The notes: generated by a model not told the origin, from the sequence alone. A DNA stretch of 55,155 nt from Bacillota bacterium (GCA_050873585.1 JBNMJA010000002.1:1-55155), one strand, 5' to 3'; counted from the stretch's first letter, positions 8,040 to 18,287 are shown. Made by a program: numbers and translations.

Positions 8040-9749
8040 TCATTCCGTTTCGACGGGCAAGCCGTTTTGCTTTCTTTCCCACACTCTTGACGGAATTGCA
8101 GAAAAAACTATCATAATGACGGACATGACTATTGCCGAGATAATACCGCCTGCAAGTTGAAGTTCAAACGTATCGAGTTTTATGTCTTTCATGGTTTTGT
8201 TGACCAGTTCCGTCGTGACTATCGAAGTTGCAAGCGAGCAGAGCAACAAAATCAAAATCGAGACCGCAAGTCCCAAATTAGCCGCCTTTGCGGATTTTCC
8301 GCCCATAACGGTGCATCCGAGGTATATGCCCGAGAGCAACATTACGAGAATCAGCAAAAAGAATCCCAATGAAATGATATCGGCTGCCTCATAACTGATT
8401 TGCGCAAGCACGCCGTCGACCAAGAGGATTTGTGCGAACGCTTTTGCAACAATTGCGTCGTTTGCCATAAATTCTCTCGAAGTAAAGGACCCCAAGGTTT
8501 GACAAATCGCAGTCGCTTCTTCTGTGTATCTTTCGTATTGTCTTTTGTAATATTCGGTTTTTTGCTGTTCTTCTGTCGTTATATAACCAGCCATCGCACT
8601 TGCGTCGAGAGTGGTTTCGTACTTTCCGTAAGCGGTTTTTCCGTCAAACTTCACGTCGAAAATCGCTTTGAAGCAAGGCGCAAAACAGCATCCTACGACG
8701 ATAAAAGCAAGTGCCGCCATGGCAATTCGAGGTATGAGAATCTTTGCCGTTTTTGCGATTTTCGTATCTGCGACCAATCTTTGCGTAATGCATGCGACGA
8801 TAGCAAGACTTGAAAAGAACAACGAAGCAATCATTGCCGCGGCAATGTCCATAACGGAGATTGCAGACGCCAACGGCAACATTCCGCAAAGAGGCAAAAT
8901 CATCAAAAACGGGACGAAGAAATCGAGTTTCGAGCGATTATCTTTTTCCTCGCCGCTCAAAAACGCACTCAAATACGAAAAGAACGCAATCAATGCAACG
9001 ATCGTCATTATAAACGTAAAAACGATATTGGACAGGAACAAAGCGCCTGCAACGATAAATTCCGCACGTGCGCTTCCGCTTGCCGTCGCGTTGTCTATGG
9101 AAAGTTGGTAGCCTATCGTCTTGACCACGTACTTGCGGAACAAACTCTCCGTTTTGACGGAAAGCACGATCTTTTCGCCTCTGAGGTCGTCGGAAGCCGA
9201 ATCCAAAAGGTCGTCTTGCAAATCTGCCAACTCGTCCTTGAGTTTCTCGATTTTCGAAGCGTCGTCTTCCTCGTCGTAGTGTCTTGCGGACGCTATCATA
9301 AGTTCTACGCAATCAACGGCGTAAATGCTGACGTCGCCCTCTATGTAGTCCTCGTCAACAATCGAGTTCAAATACGAGCCCAGTGACAAATTGAACACGC
9401 CCAAGAACGAGAGCGCAAACAAAATCACGCACACCAGCGCGACGGTCGCTCTTTTGGTCAACGTCAATATGCTGTTGACCGAATGCTTTTTCTTCTTTCT
9501 TTCGGGCTTTACTTCAACGAGAGAATAGTTTTCATCCTTGACTTCTTGAAGATAAGGCTGCACGATTTCCGTTTCTTGTCGCGTTGAGCGAACCTTTGCT
9601 CCGCATTTAGAGCAAAATGCCGCGCCTTCGATCAGCGGTTCTCCGCAATTTTTGCATTTCGGTGCGATTTCTTCTCCGCAAAAAGGACAAAAAACGAACT
9701 GATCGATGATAGGTTTGCCGCAATGGCTACATCTTTTTATATCTTCCAT
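8040..9749 (-). CDS. Double zinc-ribbon domain protein with a multi-pass membrane C-terminal region, function unknown
   Basis: 569 aa. The N-terminus has three CxxC pairs: CSHCGKPI...FCPFCGEEIAPKCKNCGEPL...FCSKCGAKV. It is followed by many hydrophobic helices. No SD is evident. Confidence 0.65.
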   Translation of the reverse strand: MEDIKRCSHCGKPIIDQFVFCPFCGEEIAPKCKNCGEPLIEGAAFCSKCGAKVRSTRQETEIVQPYLQEVKDENYSLVEVKPERKKKKHSVNSILTLTKRATVALVCVILFALSFLGVFNLSLGSYLNSIVDEDYIEGDVSIYAVDCVELMIASARHYDEEDDASKIEKLKDELADLQDDLLDSASDDLRGEKIVLSVKTESLFRKYVVKTIGYQLSIDNATASGSARAEFIVAGALFLSNIVFTFIMTIVALIAFFSYLSAFLSGEEKDNRSKLDFFVPFLMILPLCGMLPLASAISVMDIAAAMIASLFFSSLAIVACITQRLVADTKIAKTAKILIPRIAMAALAFIVVGCCFAPCFKAIFDVKFDGKTAYGKYETTLDASAMAGYITTEEQQKTEYYKRQYERYTEEATAICQTLGSFTSREFMANDAIVAKAFAQILLVDGVLAQISYEAADIISLGFFLLILVMLLSGIYLGCTVMGGKSAKAANLGLAVSILILLLCSLATSIVTTELVNKTMKDIKLDTFELQLAGGIISAIVMSVIMIVFSAIPSRVWERKQNGLPVETE

Positions 9750-9860
9750 AATTTGCGAAGCGCAACCGTTATAACGGCTTGTGCAAGCCCTCCCTTAACG
9801 TAAATTATTCTAAAAACCATGTGCGCCTTCCACAAAAGAACGGGCACCCGAATAAAACCG

Positions 9861-10706
9861 TTACTCTTCTATTTCTTTCTTTTGCTCGTTGCTAAGGTGA
9901 ATGAGTTTGTTGTCTACGCCGAGTTTGTTGAGCAAGTTTCGCACCGCATTGTCAAGCGGCTTGCCTTCGCGATAGTCTGCCTTGAAAATCCAGTCCACTC
10001 TCTCGTGTTTGAGAAGAGGTTGCACTTTTTCTTTCTGCCCTTCCTGATAGAGCGCAATGGAGTGACCGCCCGACAGTTTGACGAGTTTCATGCACGGCAC
10101 GTCGGTGAGTCCGTCGCCGAGGTAAATCATATTGTTGAAATACACTCTTCTCTCGTTTTCGGGGGTTGAAGCGTTGACGTCGACGTTGTTGCTTATGTCG
10201 AGAACGCCCTTGTTTATGCGGTATACGAACTGGGTTTTGTTGGTGTAATTGACCGCCATTTTCGCCCACATTGCGTTGCCGTCCTTGCCGTACAAAAACT
10301 CGCTTGCAAACACTTTTTTGAAGTGTTTTGCGATGCTCGTGCCGTCGATAATCTCTTTGAGTCCCGACGAAAGAATGTAGTGTTCGACCTTTACGCCCGC
10401 CTCTTCGCCGTAGCGGTTGATACGTTCGAACCAATCTTCCACTCCGGGCAGATACTCGACGAACTTTCCGCACTCGACGAGGTCACGACGTTTGAGCGGT
10501 TTGCCGTTTTCTTCCGCTTTGGTCATCATGGCATACATATACGCAAGCACGCTGTCCATCTGCTCTTCGGAAGCGAGTTTTTGCGTACCGTCCCAAAAAT
10601 CGTCGGGATTCATGCCCAAACCGGGAATAAACGTATACTCCTGCATATCGCGCGTGATGAGCGTTTTGTCGAAGTCGTACATTATCGCTACAATTGGTTT
10701 TTTCAT
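9861..10706 (-). CDS. HAD-superfamily hydrolase
   Basis: The DxDxT motif MYDFDKTL lies at the N-terminus, and LGDGLTDVPCM is motif IV. ATG 10706 has an AGGTGA SD. The track's 10769 start lies in the promoter region. Confidence 0.8.
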   Translation of the reverse strand: MKKPIVAIMYDFDKTLITRDMQEYTFIPGLGMNPDDFWDGTQKLASEEQMDSVLAYMYAMMTKAEENGKPLKRRDLVECGKFVEYLPGVEDWFERINRYGEEAGVKVEHYILSSGLKEIIDGTSIAKHFKKVFASEFLYGKDGNAMWAKMAVNYTNKTQFVYRINKGVLDISNNVDVNASTPENERRVYFNNMIYLGDGLTDVPCMKLVKLSGGHSIALYQEGQKEKVQPLLKHERVDWIFKADYREGKPLDNAVRNLLNKLGVDNKLIHLSNEQKKEIEE

Positions 10707-10740
10707 ATAGACGTCACCTATCGTTTTTATTGCAAATTGT

Positions 10741-10769
10741 ATTATAACACGTTTTTTAGAGCATTTCAA
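10741..10769 (-). promoter_or_regulatory. sigma-A promoter of the HAD hydrolase gene
   Basis: Minus strand reads TTGAAA, a 17-nt spacer, then TATAAT with TGn extended -10 (gTGtTATAAT). Confidence 0.6.
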
Positions 10770-10790
10770 GCACGCTTTTATTGGAGGCTA

Positions 10791-11107
10791 TTCCTCTACA
10801 CAGAGCGAGTAGCGTGAACCCTAATTAACACATCACCCCTTCCCTTCGGGCTTTCCCCTATTGCTCAAACTTGCGTCAATTCTCTGCAAAACTAAACATC
10901 GTTCGCAAGAGGGGAAGTCGGCACTCACATAGACAGGGGCAGTCCTCTCATTATGCCACTGCGCTTTGTGCGCCAGGCAGTAGCCAACGGACGGCGCAGT
11001 CGCTTGTACTGTCCATCAAGTTCGGCGCTCATATGCTCGTCGCCTTGCGGCTCGTGTTACGTCTTCGAATAGGCTGATACCGTATACAAGTAGCCTACGA
11101 ATGAGTT
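10791..11107 (-). repeat. Intergenic repeat array, copy B (inverted relative to copy A; core motifs at 10917-10932 and 11021-11036, period 104 bp)
   Basis: Its reverse complement aligns with 2156-2480. It shares the blocks tatgtgagtgccga, gcgaacga, ttg[ct]agaga[at]atgacg..agtttgag and tgtagagga. Confidence 0.65.
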
Positions 11108-11162
11108 TTCGTTTCGGGTGCGGGTGTCCCGCCCTCAATTATTAATTGCTAATTGATAGCTA

Positions 11163-12668
11163 TTAATTATTGGCGTACGTGGTGTTCTTTTGTATAACGT
11201 CGTGTGCGCCGCCTTCTTTTATGCTGATTGCGGACACGAGCGCCATCTTTTCGTCTTTGTGCAGTGCCGCTATGGTCGTTGCGCCGCAGTTGCACATTGT
11301 GGATTTGACTTTGTAAAGACTCTTACGCACGTTGTCTTTTAGGCTTCCTGCGTAGGGAACGTAACTGTCCACACCCTCCTCGAAACCGAGTCCGCTCTTG
11401 CCGCCGAGGTCGTAACGTTGCCAGTTTCTTGCGCGGTTGCTGCCCTCGCCCCAATACTCTTTGACGTAGTTGCCGTTGATGACGAGTTTGTTGGTGGGGC
11501 TTTCGTCAAAGCGGGCAAAATATCTGCCGAGCATAAGGAAGTCTGCGCCCATTGCGAGTGCGAGAGTCATATGATAGTCCTGCACGATGCCGCCGTCCGA
11601 GCAGATGGGGATATATACGCCCGTCTTTTTGAAATATTCGTCGCGAGCCTCCGCAACCTCGATGAGTGCGGTTGCCTGTCCTCTACCGATGCCTTTTTGC
11701 TCGCGAGTGATGCATATCGAGCCGCCGCCGATGCCCACTTTTATGAAGTCCGCGCCGCAGTCGGCAAGGAAGTTGAATCCGTCTTTGTCAACGACGTTTC
11801 CTGCGCCCACTTTGACCTTGTCGCCGTAGTTTTTGCGGATGTAATCGAGGGTTTTCTTTTGCCAAATCGTATAGCCCTCCGACGAGTCTATGCACAAAAC
11901 GTCCGCGCCCGCTTCGATGAGCGCCGGCACTCTTTGCTCGTAATCGAGCGTGTTTATGCCTGCGCCGACCATATATCTCTTGCTCGAGTCGAGAAGTTCG
12001 TCTGGGTTCTTTTTGTGTTGGTCGTAGTCCTTGCGGAAAACCATATAAAGCAATCTACCCTCGTCGTCGATAATGGGAATGGAGTTGAGTTTGTGATCCC
12101 AGATAATGTCGTTTGCCTCGATAAGAGTGGTGTTTTGCGGAGCGGTTATCAGTTTTTCAAGCGGAGTCATAAACTCTTTGACCTTGAGATCAACAGGCAT
12201 ACGACTCACGCGATAATCGCGGCTTGTAACCATACCCAGCAATTTGCCGTTTGACGTCCCGTCGTCGGTGATGGGGATAGTGTTATGCCCCTTTTGAGCC
12301 ACGAGCGCAAGCACGTCGGCAAGTGTGTTTTCGGGCGTAAGATTGCTGTCGGATACGACGAATCCTGCCTTGTAATTTTTCACTTTTCTCACCATCTCCG
12401 CTTCGCTCTCGATGGATTGCGATCCGAAGATAAAAGAAATCCCGCCTTCTCGTGCCAGTGCGATTGCAAGCGTATCGTTGCTCACCGATTGCATTATGGC
12501 AGAGGTCATCGGGATGTTGAGAGAAAGCGACGGTTCTTCACCCTTTTTGAATTTTACGAGCGGAGTTTTGAGGCTCACGTTTGCAGGAATGCAATTCTCG
12601 TCCGTGTAACCGGGAATAAGCAAATACTCGTTGAAAGTTCTCGAGGGTTGATTGAAATAAGTTGCCAT
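11163..12668 (-). CDS. guaB: IMP dehydrogenase (Tritrichomonas foetus-type bacterial IMPDH with CBS pair)
   Basis: Near-collinear with the T. foetus-type IMPDH as I recall it: [59 protein letters not shown] 12668 has an AGGAGG SD. Confidence 0.93.
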   Translation of the reverse strand: MATYFNQPSRTFNEYLLIPGYTDENCIPANVSLKTPLVKFKKGEEPSLSLNIPMTSAIMQSVSNDTLAIALAREGGISFIFGSQSIESEAEMVRKVKNYKAGFVVSDSNLTPENTLADVLALVAQKGHNTIPITDDGTSNGKLLGMVTSRDYRVSRMPVDLKVKEFMTPLEKLITAPQNTTLIEANDIIWDHKLNSIPIIDDEGRLLYMVFRKDYDQHKKNPDELLDSSKRYMVGAGINTLDYEQRVPALIEAGADVLCIDSSEGYTIWQKKTLDYIRKNYGDKVKVGAGNVVDKDGFNFLADCGADFIKVGIGGGSICITREQKGIGRGQATALIEVAEARDEYFKKTGVYIPICSDGGIVQDYHMTLALAMGADFLMLGRYFARFDESPTNKLVINGNYVKEYWGEGSNRARNWQRYDLGGKSGLGFEEGVDSYVPYAGSLKDNVRKSLYKVKSTMCNCGATTIAALHKDEKMALVSAISIKEGGAHDVIQKNTTYANN

Positions 12669-12737
12669 ACGACCTCCTGTCACTCCGCTACGCCGCAAAC
12701 TTCTTCACGCCGTGCTTGGAATTATAAAATTTTTTCC

Positions 12738-12766
12738 ATTATATCCATAAAAACCGCACAAAGCAA
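12738..12766 (-). promoter_or_regulatory. Candidate sigma-A promoter of guaB
   Basis: Minus strand reads TTGCTT, a 17-nt spacer, then TATAAT. Confidence 0.55.
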
Positions 12767-12797
12767 GTTATTATGCCGCTTTGCCCCGTCGTTTCAT

Positions 12798-12857
12798 AAA
12801 AAAACGACCTATATTCGCACTTTAACGGAAAAATCGTTGCAAAATTGCGAATATAGG
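12798..12857 (-). terminator. Intrinsic terminator of the carboxylesterase gene
   Basis: A perfect 12-bp stem, cctatattcgca / tgcgaatatagg (12808-12819 / 12846-12857), is followed on the minus strand by T7. Confidence 0.7.
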
Positions 12858-12892
12858 CCATAAATTTGCTTTATTTTAACCCGATGCGAGCG

Positions 12893-14125
12893 TCAATAAA
12901 ACTCTTTGCTCGTGTTGCTCTTCCACTCCGAATAGCCCTGCGGATTGGGAGATTGCGTTTTGACAAACTCGCAATATCTCTTGCGAAGTTCCGCTTCGAG
13001 CGCAAAATCTTTTTCGTCAAACTTGCGCCACGGATGCTGATTCAAGCCGAAAACGTACCATAAATCCGCACTGTGCCACGCTCCCTTGTCGTCGCCGGGC
13101 AACGGGTGATAAAAATGCGACACCCACACCTTGCCGTTGCCTGCCCTCATAGCCTTCTTGGCTATGCGCTCGAGATAAGGCGCAAGCAAATCGTTTTTGG
13201 TGACGCCCAAAATGCACGGGATTTGCTCCTCTTTATACGCATTTTTATAGAGGTCTTTACGCACGATTTCACCGTCGAAAACGGGCATCGTGGAAAGCAT
13301 TGACATTGCAAGATTTCGTTTGTTTTGTCTGTACCAGGCAAGATACAAGTCCTGCGCTCCGCAAGTTTTGGGGTCTAATCCCCTCTTTTGCAAATCCTTG
13401 CGGACGCGAGCGAAAAAGCGTTTTGCTCTCTTTTGAGATTTCGGCGCGAAAATTCCGCGCACGCTGCCGCCGCCCGAAAGCATAATCGCGCCTTTGACCG
13501 TCTCTTTGACCTTGGGCAACAGAACGAGATTCTGAAGAGATATCGCGCCTGCGCTCTGCCCCATAAGCGTGATGCTGGACGGATCGCCGCCAAAGACGGA
13601 AATATTTGCCTTTATCCACTCGATTGCGCAAATCATATCGTAAAATGCAAGGTTCTGCGCGCCCTCGTCGGCGTTATATCCGAAAACGTTGAGTCTGTAA
13701 TTTGCCGTGACGCAGATTACGCCCTCCTTTGCGATTTCCGTGCCGTCGAAAGGTCGCTCGTCGCTAGAACATATCACGAACGCTCCGCCGTGAATATACA
13801 ACAAGACGGGCAGATTTTGCGCGTTTTTTGGCGCGTATACGTTGAGATTCAGACAGTCTTCGGAATGACGAAAAGTCATACCTTTTCTGAACTCGTCGTA
13901 ATAGAAAATATCCTGTTTTGACTTGGATTTGCTCTCGTCGAAAAACTGCCTGAATTGCGGGCAACCGTCCCCTCTTCTCGTGGCGTCGACCTCTTTTGCA
14001 AGCGGTTCTAAAACGGGCTTTTTGAATCGTTCGCCTCTTGCGAATCTGATACCCAAAAAGGAAGCCGTTTCGCCTCTGTCAATACCTTTGATAACGTGAT
14101 TTTGATCGTTTATAACGTAGTCCAT
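12893..14125 (-). CDS. Carboxylesterase/lipase, type B family
   Basis: 410 aa with the HGGAF oxyanion motif and the GQSAGA nucleophile elbow. Confidence 0.85.
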   Translation of the reverse strand: MDYVINDQNHVIKGIDRGETASFLGIRFARGERFKKPVLEPLAKEVDATRRGDGCPQFRQFFDESKSKSKQDIFYYDEFRKGMTFRHSEDCLNLNVYAPKNAQNLPVLLYIHGGAFVICSSDERPFDGTEIAKEGVICVTANYRLNVFGYNADEGAQNLAFYDMICAIEWIKANISVFGGDPSSITLMGQSAGAISLQNLVLLPKVKETVKGAIMLSGGGSVRGIFAPKSQKRAKRFFARVRKDLQKRGLDPKTCGAQDLYLAWYRQNKRNLAMSMLSTMPVFDGEIVRKDLYKNAYKEEQIPCILGVTKNDLLAPYLERIAKKAMRAGNGKVWVSHFYHPLPGDDKGAWHSADLWYVFGLNQHPWRKFDEKDFALEAELRKRYCEFVKTQSPNPQGYSEWKSNTSKEFY

Positions 14126-14199
14126 TGATTGAAGAATTCTTTGTTTATCGGCTCGTGTTCCGTCTATTAAACAAGCGATAAAACTGCAATATTGAGATG

Positions 14200-14275
14200 A
14201 AGAACAAGGAAGGCACTCTTTTTCAGGCAGGAGCGTACTTTTGCGTACGTGACTGTTTGCAAAAGAGTGCCTGAC
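14200..14275 (-). repeat. Hairpin element (single unit of the intergenic repeat family), likely also the terminator of the upstream gene
   Basis: aacaaggaa + GGCACTCTTTT...AAAAGAGTGCC: an 11-bp outer stem (14212-14222 / 14261-14271) enclosing a cgtac..gtacg inner hairpin. The same layout and the shared string gcgtacgtga occur at 54936-54992. Confidence 0.55.
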
Positions 14276-14301
14276 GAAGTTATTCGCTCAATAGCGACGG
14301 T

Positions 14302-15411
14302 TTACCACTTGTTTTCACAGTATTCGCAAAAAGCATACATATCCCTCACCTCAACCTTCGTTCCGTCGTCGAGGATCGCAGTGCCGTTCCAAATGCCGTG
14401 GACTTGGTGGCAATGCATGCGGAGAAGATTGAGGACGTTGAGGTCGCCGTGATGATCGTAGAAAGGAGTCATGGTGAAATCGAATCTGCCGTCTTGAGAT
14501 ACGAAGTGCCACGGCTCGGTGAATTTGTCGGGTTTGGGGAAAACTTCAACGTCGACGGGGCCGAATTTGTGCGCTTTGCCGTCCCAGAAAATCGCAGTTT
14601 CGGTGGCGTTGGATTCGTCGCCGATGCCCCAGGTGATTTCAAAACCGAACATATGGTCTTTGCCGTCAGGTCCTTGCACGACCTTTGAGCCGTTGCCCCA
14701 GTACCATACCATTTTGTAGGGGGTGTTGACTCTGCCCCAGTCGAGAAATGCGAATGTGTCCTTTTTGTCGAACTTCCACACTTGCTCGCCCCAACGGAAC
14801 GTGCCCTCGCAAGGCATGCAGTTTTGCTTGGTGGTCATAAAATATCTTGTCGGTTTGCCGGCAAACGGAAGAACGGTGGTTATGTTTTCAAGCCCATCCA
14901 TAATGTCCATCGTGAAATTTGCCTCGACTTCTTTGCCTTTGAATTTGCCCTTGAAATACAACGTTCTGACGTTGGTTTCGGTGACCGCTTTGAAGCGAGT
15001 GCCTGCGACGGTGTGGTCTACAACGTTTGGCTCGTCGCCCTTGGGCGGAAGCATATATTTTTTGCCGCCGAGGAAAAGCGCCGTCGATTCCAAAATCGTG
15101 CCCGAGTGGATTTTGCTCTTTTTGTGCGCGTGATGAAGGTCGGTTATGGACGCTTGCGCGTATCCGCCGATGGAAATGTTGGCAAAACTGATTTGCACCA
15201 TAAACTCGCCGTTGGAAATCTGATAGAAATCCCACTCTTTTTTGCGGTTGGCGGGTTTTGCTTTTTCACGCTCGTATTCGAATACGTTGTGCCTTGCCCA
15301 GCCCGGAGCAAGCAATTTGCCGTCGTCTCCCAAAAGTTTGGTCGGCTTGGTGTATTCGGTCTGTTTGCTGTTGAGTTGACCTTCTATCCAACTCGGATAA
15401 GTTCTCTTCAT
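14302..15411 (-). CDS. Conserved hypothetical protein, probably DUF2804 family
   Basis: 369 aa. The N-terminal pattern LLGDDGKLLAPGWARHNVFEYERE...KEWDFYQI matches my recollection of DUF2804. GGAGGGG SD. Confidence 0.55.
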   Translation of the reverse strand: MKRTYPSWIEGQLNSKQTEYTKPTKLLGDDGKLLAPGWARHNVFEYEREKAKPANRKKEWDFYQISNGEFMVQISFANISIGGYAQASITDLHHAHKKSKIHSGTILESTALFLGGKKYMLPPKGDEPNVVDHTVAGTRFKAVTETNVRTLYFKGKFKGKEVEANFTMDIMDGLENITTVLPFAGKPTRYFMTTKQNCMPCEGTFRWGEQVWKFDKKDTFAFLDWGRVNTPYKMVWYWGNGSKVVQGPDGKDHMFGFEITWGIGDESNATETAIFWDGKAHKFGPVDVEVFPKPDKFTEPWHFVSQDGRFDFTMTPFYDHHGDLNVLNLLRMHCHQVHGIWNGTAILDDGTKVEVRDMYAFCEYCENKW

Positions 15412-15594
15412 AATTCCCCTCCGCTTTACGCCTTTTCGGCATAAGTGATTATACGAAAAGTATAAAACAAAAATGCACTCATTTCAAGAGCGATTTTTGA
15501 CAATAGTACGATAAGTGCAATACTTTCGCAATATTTGAAACAAAGCCTATGAATAAACGCGGATTTATGTTATGATTTTCAAAAGGAGTAAGCA

Positions 15595-16260
15595 ATGGAA
15601 ATAAGACCTATCGCGCATATATACACGCCTTTCAAAGAAAAATTCGGCATACCCCGTCAAAGCGGACGAGTCTCAACCACGGGCAAAATCGTGTTTGAAA
15701 AAGAGTTCCGCCATCCCGACGCTTTGCGAGGCATAGAGGGCTTTTCGCATCTGTGGCTGATTTTCGATTTTTCGCTTGCACACAGAGAAGAGTTCTGCCC
15801 CACCGTGCGACCGCCGCGCCTCGGAGGAAACGAAAAAGTGGGCGTTTTTGCATCTCGCTCGCCCTACCGTCCCAACTCGCTCGGTCTGAGTTGCGTGCGG
15901 CTCGTAGGCGTCGAGCATAGCGACGAATACGGCGATTATCTCGTCGTCGAGGGCGCAGACTTGCTCGACGGCACACCCGTATACGACGTGAAACCTTACG
16001 TTCCCACGGACCGTGTAAAAGACGCCGTATGCTCGTATGCGGACAAGCACTTTTTCGATAAACTCGACGTCGTGTGGCAGTGCGAAACGGCAAAAATGCC
16101 GGAAGACACGAAAGCGGAAATAACCGCTTGCATTGCGGAAGACCCTCGTCCGTCTTATCAGAACGACGAGCGCGAATACGGCATGTCGTTTGAAAATTAC
16201 AACGTCAAATTTATCGTGTCAAACGGCGTTGCAACGGTTATCGAATGTAAAGAACGATAA
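15595..16260 (+). CDS. trmO: tRNA (N6-threonylcarbamoyladenosine(37)-N6)-methyltransferase TrmO (TsaA/YaeB family)
   Basis: IAHIYTPFKEKFGIPRQSG...GFSHLWLIFDFS...RSPYRPNSLGLSCV...GTPVYDVKPY. AAGGAG SD. Confidence 0.9.
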   Translation: MEIRPIAHIYTPFKEKFGIPRQSGRVSTTGKIVFEKEFRHPDALRGIEGFSHLWLIFDFSLAHREEFCPTVRPPRLGGNEKVGVFASRSPYRPNSLGLSCVRLVGVEHSDEYGDYLVVEGADLLDGTPVYDVKPYVPTDRVKDAVCSYADKHFFDKLDVVWQCETAKMPEDTKAEITACIAEDPRPSYQNDEREYGMSFENYNVKFIVSNGVATVIECKER

Positions 16261-16296
16261 TCGATATAATGCAAAATCGATCGTTTACGCATCAAA

Positions 16297-16320
16297 AAAC
16301 ACGCAATAAAACGCGTGTTT
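16297..16320. terminator. Shared hairpin terminator between convergent trmO and the DMT transporter gene
   Basis: AAACACGC aataaaac GCGTGTTT, an 8-bp stem with flanking A-runs and T-runs. Confidence 0.6.
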
Positions 16321-16359
16321 CGATTTTTATCGGGTTATTGTCATACGGCTTTGAGATTG

Positions 16360-17292
16360 TCAATCGATGAAATATTTGCTGTAGTTGGGTTTGAGCATTT
16401 TGTGCGGTACGCTGATTTGCGCAAGAAACACAGAAAGTAAAACTATAATGCAACCGACGAACTCTTTTGCAGAGTAACTCTCGTGCAAAAACGCCACGCC
16501 GCCTATAAACGCGATGACGGATTCGAGCGACATTATGAGCGTTGCAAGTTCGGGCGGAGCGTACTTTTGCCCTATCGATTGGAAGGTGAAACCCACGCCT
16601 GCGGACATTATGCCCACGTACAAAATCGGGAGAATGTTGTCCGCTATCGCGCTTGCCGGCGGAAAGCCCTCGATTGCCATTGCGGGCAAACTCAAAAGAC
16701 TTGCCACGACAAACTGCACGAAGGTAATTTTGAGAGGGTCGGTTTCGTCAACGAACACGTCGATGAACATTATCTGCAGCGAAAACATCACTGCGCAAAG
16801 AAGCAAAAGCGCGTCGGCGTAGGTCAAGCCCGTGTTTTCGTTGATGCACATAACGTAGAATCCGAGCACCGCAAACACTATTGCGAATTTGCCGTTTGTG
16901 GGGATTCTGCGCCTCAAAAGCACGTTGAACAAAGGCACGATTACGATATAAAGCGCGGTGATAAATCCCGTCTTTCCTACGGTTGTGTGCGCTATGCCGT
17001 ACTGCTGGAGATTGTTTGCGCAAAACAGACTTATGCCGCACAGAAAACCGCCGAGAAAAGTCGCCTTGTTCCAGCCCGTACGTTTGACGCCCTTCTTTTT
17101 GCCGACGAGTTCGAGTATCACGATAAATATGCCGATAACGCCGACGGCAAGCGAAAATCTCAATCCGTTGAACGTGAAAGTCGGCACGTCGGACGACGCT
17201 TGTTGCTGAGCAACGAATGCAAAACCCCAAACGAGCGCGCACAGCGTGCAGAACGTTATTCCTGTTAAGTTGTGAGATTTTTGTTTGACCAT
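16360..17292 (-). CDS. DMT-superfamily (EamA-like) transporter
   Basis: 310 aa, about 10 TM helices, two EamA-like halves. Confidence 0.8.
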   Translation of the reverse strand: MVKQKSHNLTGITFCTLCALVWGFAFVAQQQASSDVPTFTFNGLRFSLAVGVIGIFIVILELVGKKKGVKRTGWNKATFLGGFLCGISLFCANNLQQYGIAHTTVGKTGFITALYIVIVPLFNVLLRRRIPTNGKFAIVFAVLGFYVMCINENTGLTYADALLLLCAVMFSLQIMFIDVFVDETDPLKITFVQFVVASLLSLPAMAIEGFPPASAIADNILPILYVGIMSAGVGFTFQSIGQKYAPPELATLIMSLESVIAFIGGVAFLHESYSAKEFVGCIIVLLSVFLAQISVPHKMLKPNYSKYFID

Positions 17293-17297
17293 ATCTT

Positions 17298-18140
17298 TTA
17301 TTCTATGATTTTTTCAAGCGATTTTGACAGTTTTTTATAGTCCTCAAGCGACAACGCTTCTCCTCTTACCATTGGTGAAAATCCTGCGTCCTCAATGATT
17401 TGCGCCGCCGTTTGTTTGTCTATCTTGAAGGCTACGGAAAGGTTGTTGGCGAGCGTTTTCCTTCTCATCGCAAAGGACGAACGCACGAGTTTGTGCAAAA
17501 GAGCGACGTTTTCTCCCTCGAGTTTGTTGCGGTCGATATCTATGCGCACGACTGCGCTGTCCACGTTGGGAGAGGGATAGAACATGGTTCTGGACACGTT
17601 TCTCGTTATTTGCGCCTCGCCTGCCATCTCGATTGCAAGCGTAATTGCCGAGTAGTCCGGCGTATTCGGTTTTGCAACGAAACGGAGCGCGACCTCCTTT
17701 TGCACCATAATCGTAATCGATTCGACATCGAGGGTGCTTTCGATAAAGCGCATTGCCAGCGGAGTGGTGATATAATAAGGCAAGTTTGCAACAACCTTGA
17801 ATTTCTTACCGACGACGGATTCGAGTTGCTCGTCGCTCATTTTGAGCACGTCACGAAACACGACTTCTGCGTTTTCAACGCCTTGCAAAGATAAGGCAAG
17901 CACCGCTTCGAGATTTCTGTCAACCTCGAACGAGTATACCTTTTTTGCGACTTTGGCAATAGCGCGCGTGAGCGTACCCGCGCCCGTTCCTATCTCGACC
18001 ACGACGTCGCTTTGCGTGATTCCGCTGTCGGCAACGATTGCGTCAAGCAAGTTGGCGTCGGTGATGAAGTTTTGCCCGAGCGCTTTGTTGAAGCGAAAAT
18101 CCACTCCTCTTATTATGTCTTTTATGCTTTTGTTTTCCAT
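17298..18140 (-). CDS. rsmA: 16S rRNA (adenine1518/1519-N6)-dimethyltransferase
   Basis: LGQNFITDANLLDAIV...VVEIGTGAGTLT...ANLPYYITTP. Confidence 0.92.
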   Translation of the reverse strand: MENKSIKDIIRGVDFRFNKALGQNFITDANLLDAIVADSGITQSDVVVEIGTGAGTLTRAIAKVAKKVYSFEVDRNLEAVLALSLQGVENAEVVFRDVLKMSDEQLESVVGKKFKVVANLPYYITTPLAMRFIESTLDVESITIMVQKEVALRFVAKPNTPDYSAITLAIEMAGEAQITRNVSRTMFYPSPNVDSAVVRIDIDRNKLEGENVALLHKLVRSSFAMRRKTLANNLSVAFKIDKQTAAQIIEDAGFSPMVRGEALSLEDYKKLSKSLEKIIE

Positions 18141-18253
18141 TTATTTCCTTATAAGCGCGTGCATAAGCCGCAATAGGTCGCACACACTACATACGTACCA
18201 AAGATAAATCGCCAAATCACACAAGACGAAAAATCGAAGTACAAAAGATAAAA

Positions 18254-18281
18254 ACAGGAGTCTCCAAAATTCGACTGCTGT
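18254..18281 (-). terminator. Candidate terminator after the radical SAM gene
   Basis: acagGagtc / gactGctgt, a 9-bp stem with one mismatch, followed by a T-run on the minus strand. Confidence 0.45.
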
Positions 18282-18287
18282 TTTTTC

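Noticed and set aside
12669-12892. A purine or guanine riboswitch upstream of guaB.
   Set aside because: The region resolves into the upstream gene's 12-bp terminator hairpin plus a TTGCTT-17-TATAAT promoter. No three-way-junction purine aptamer consensus (UAUA...CCGUAAAU...) is present.
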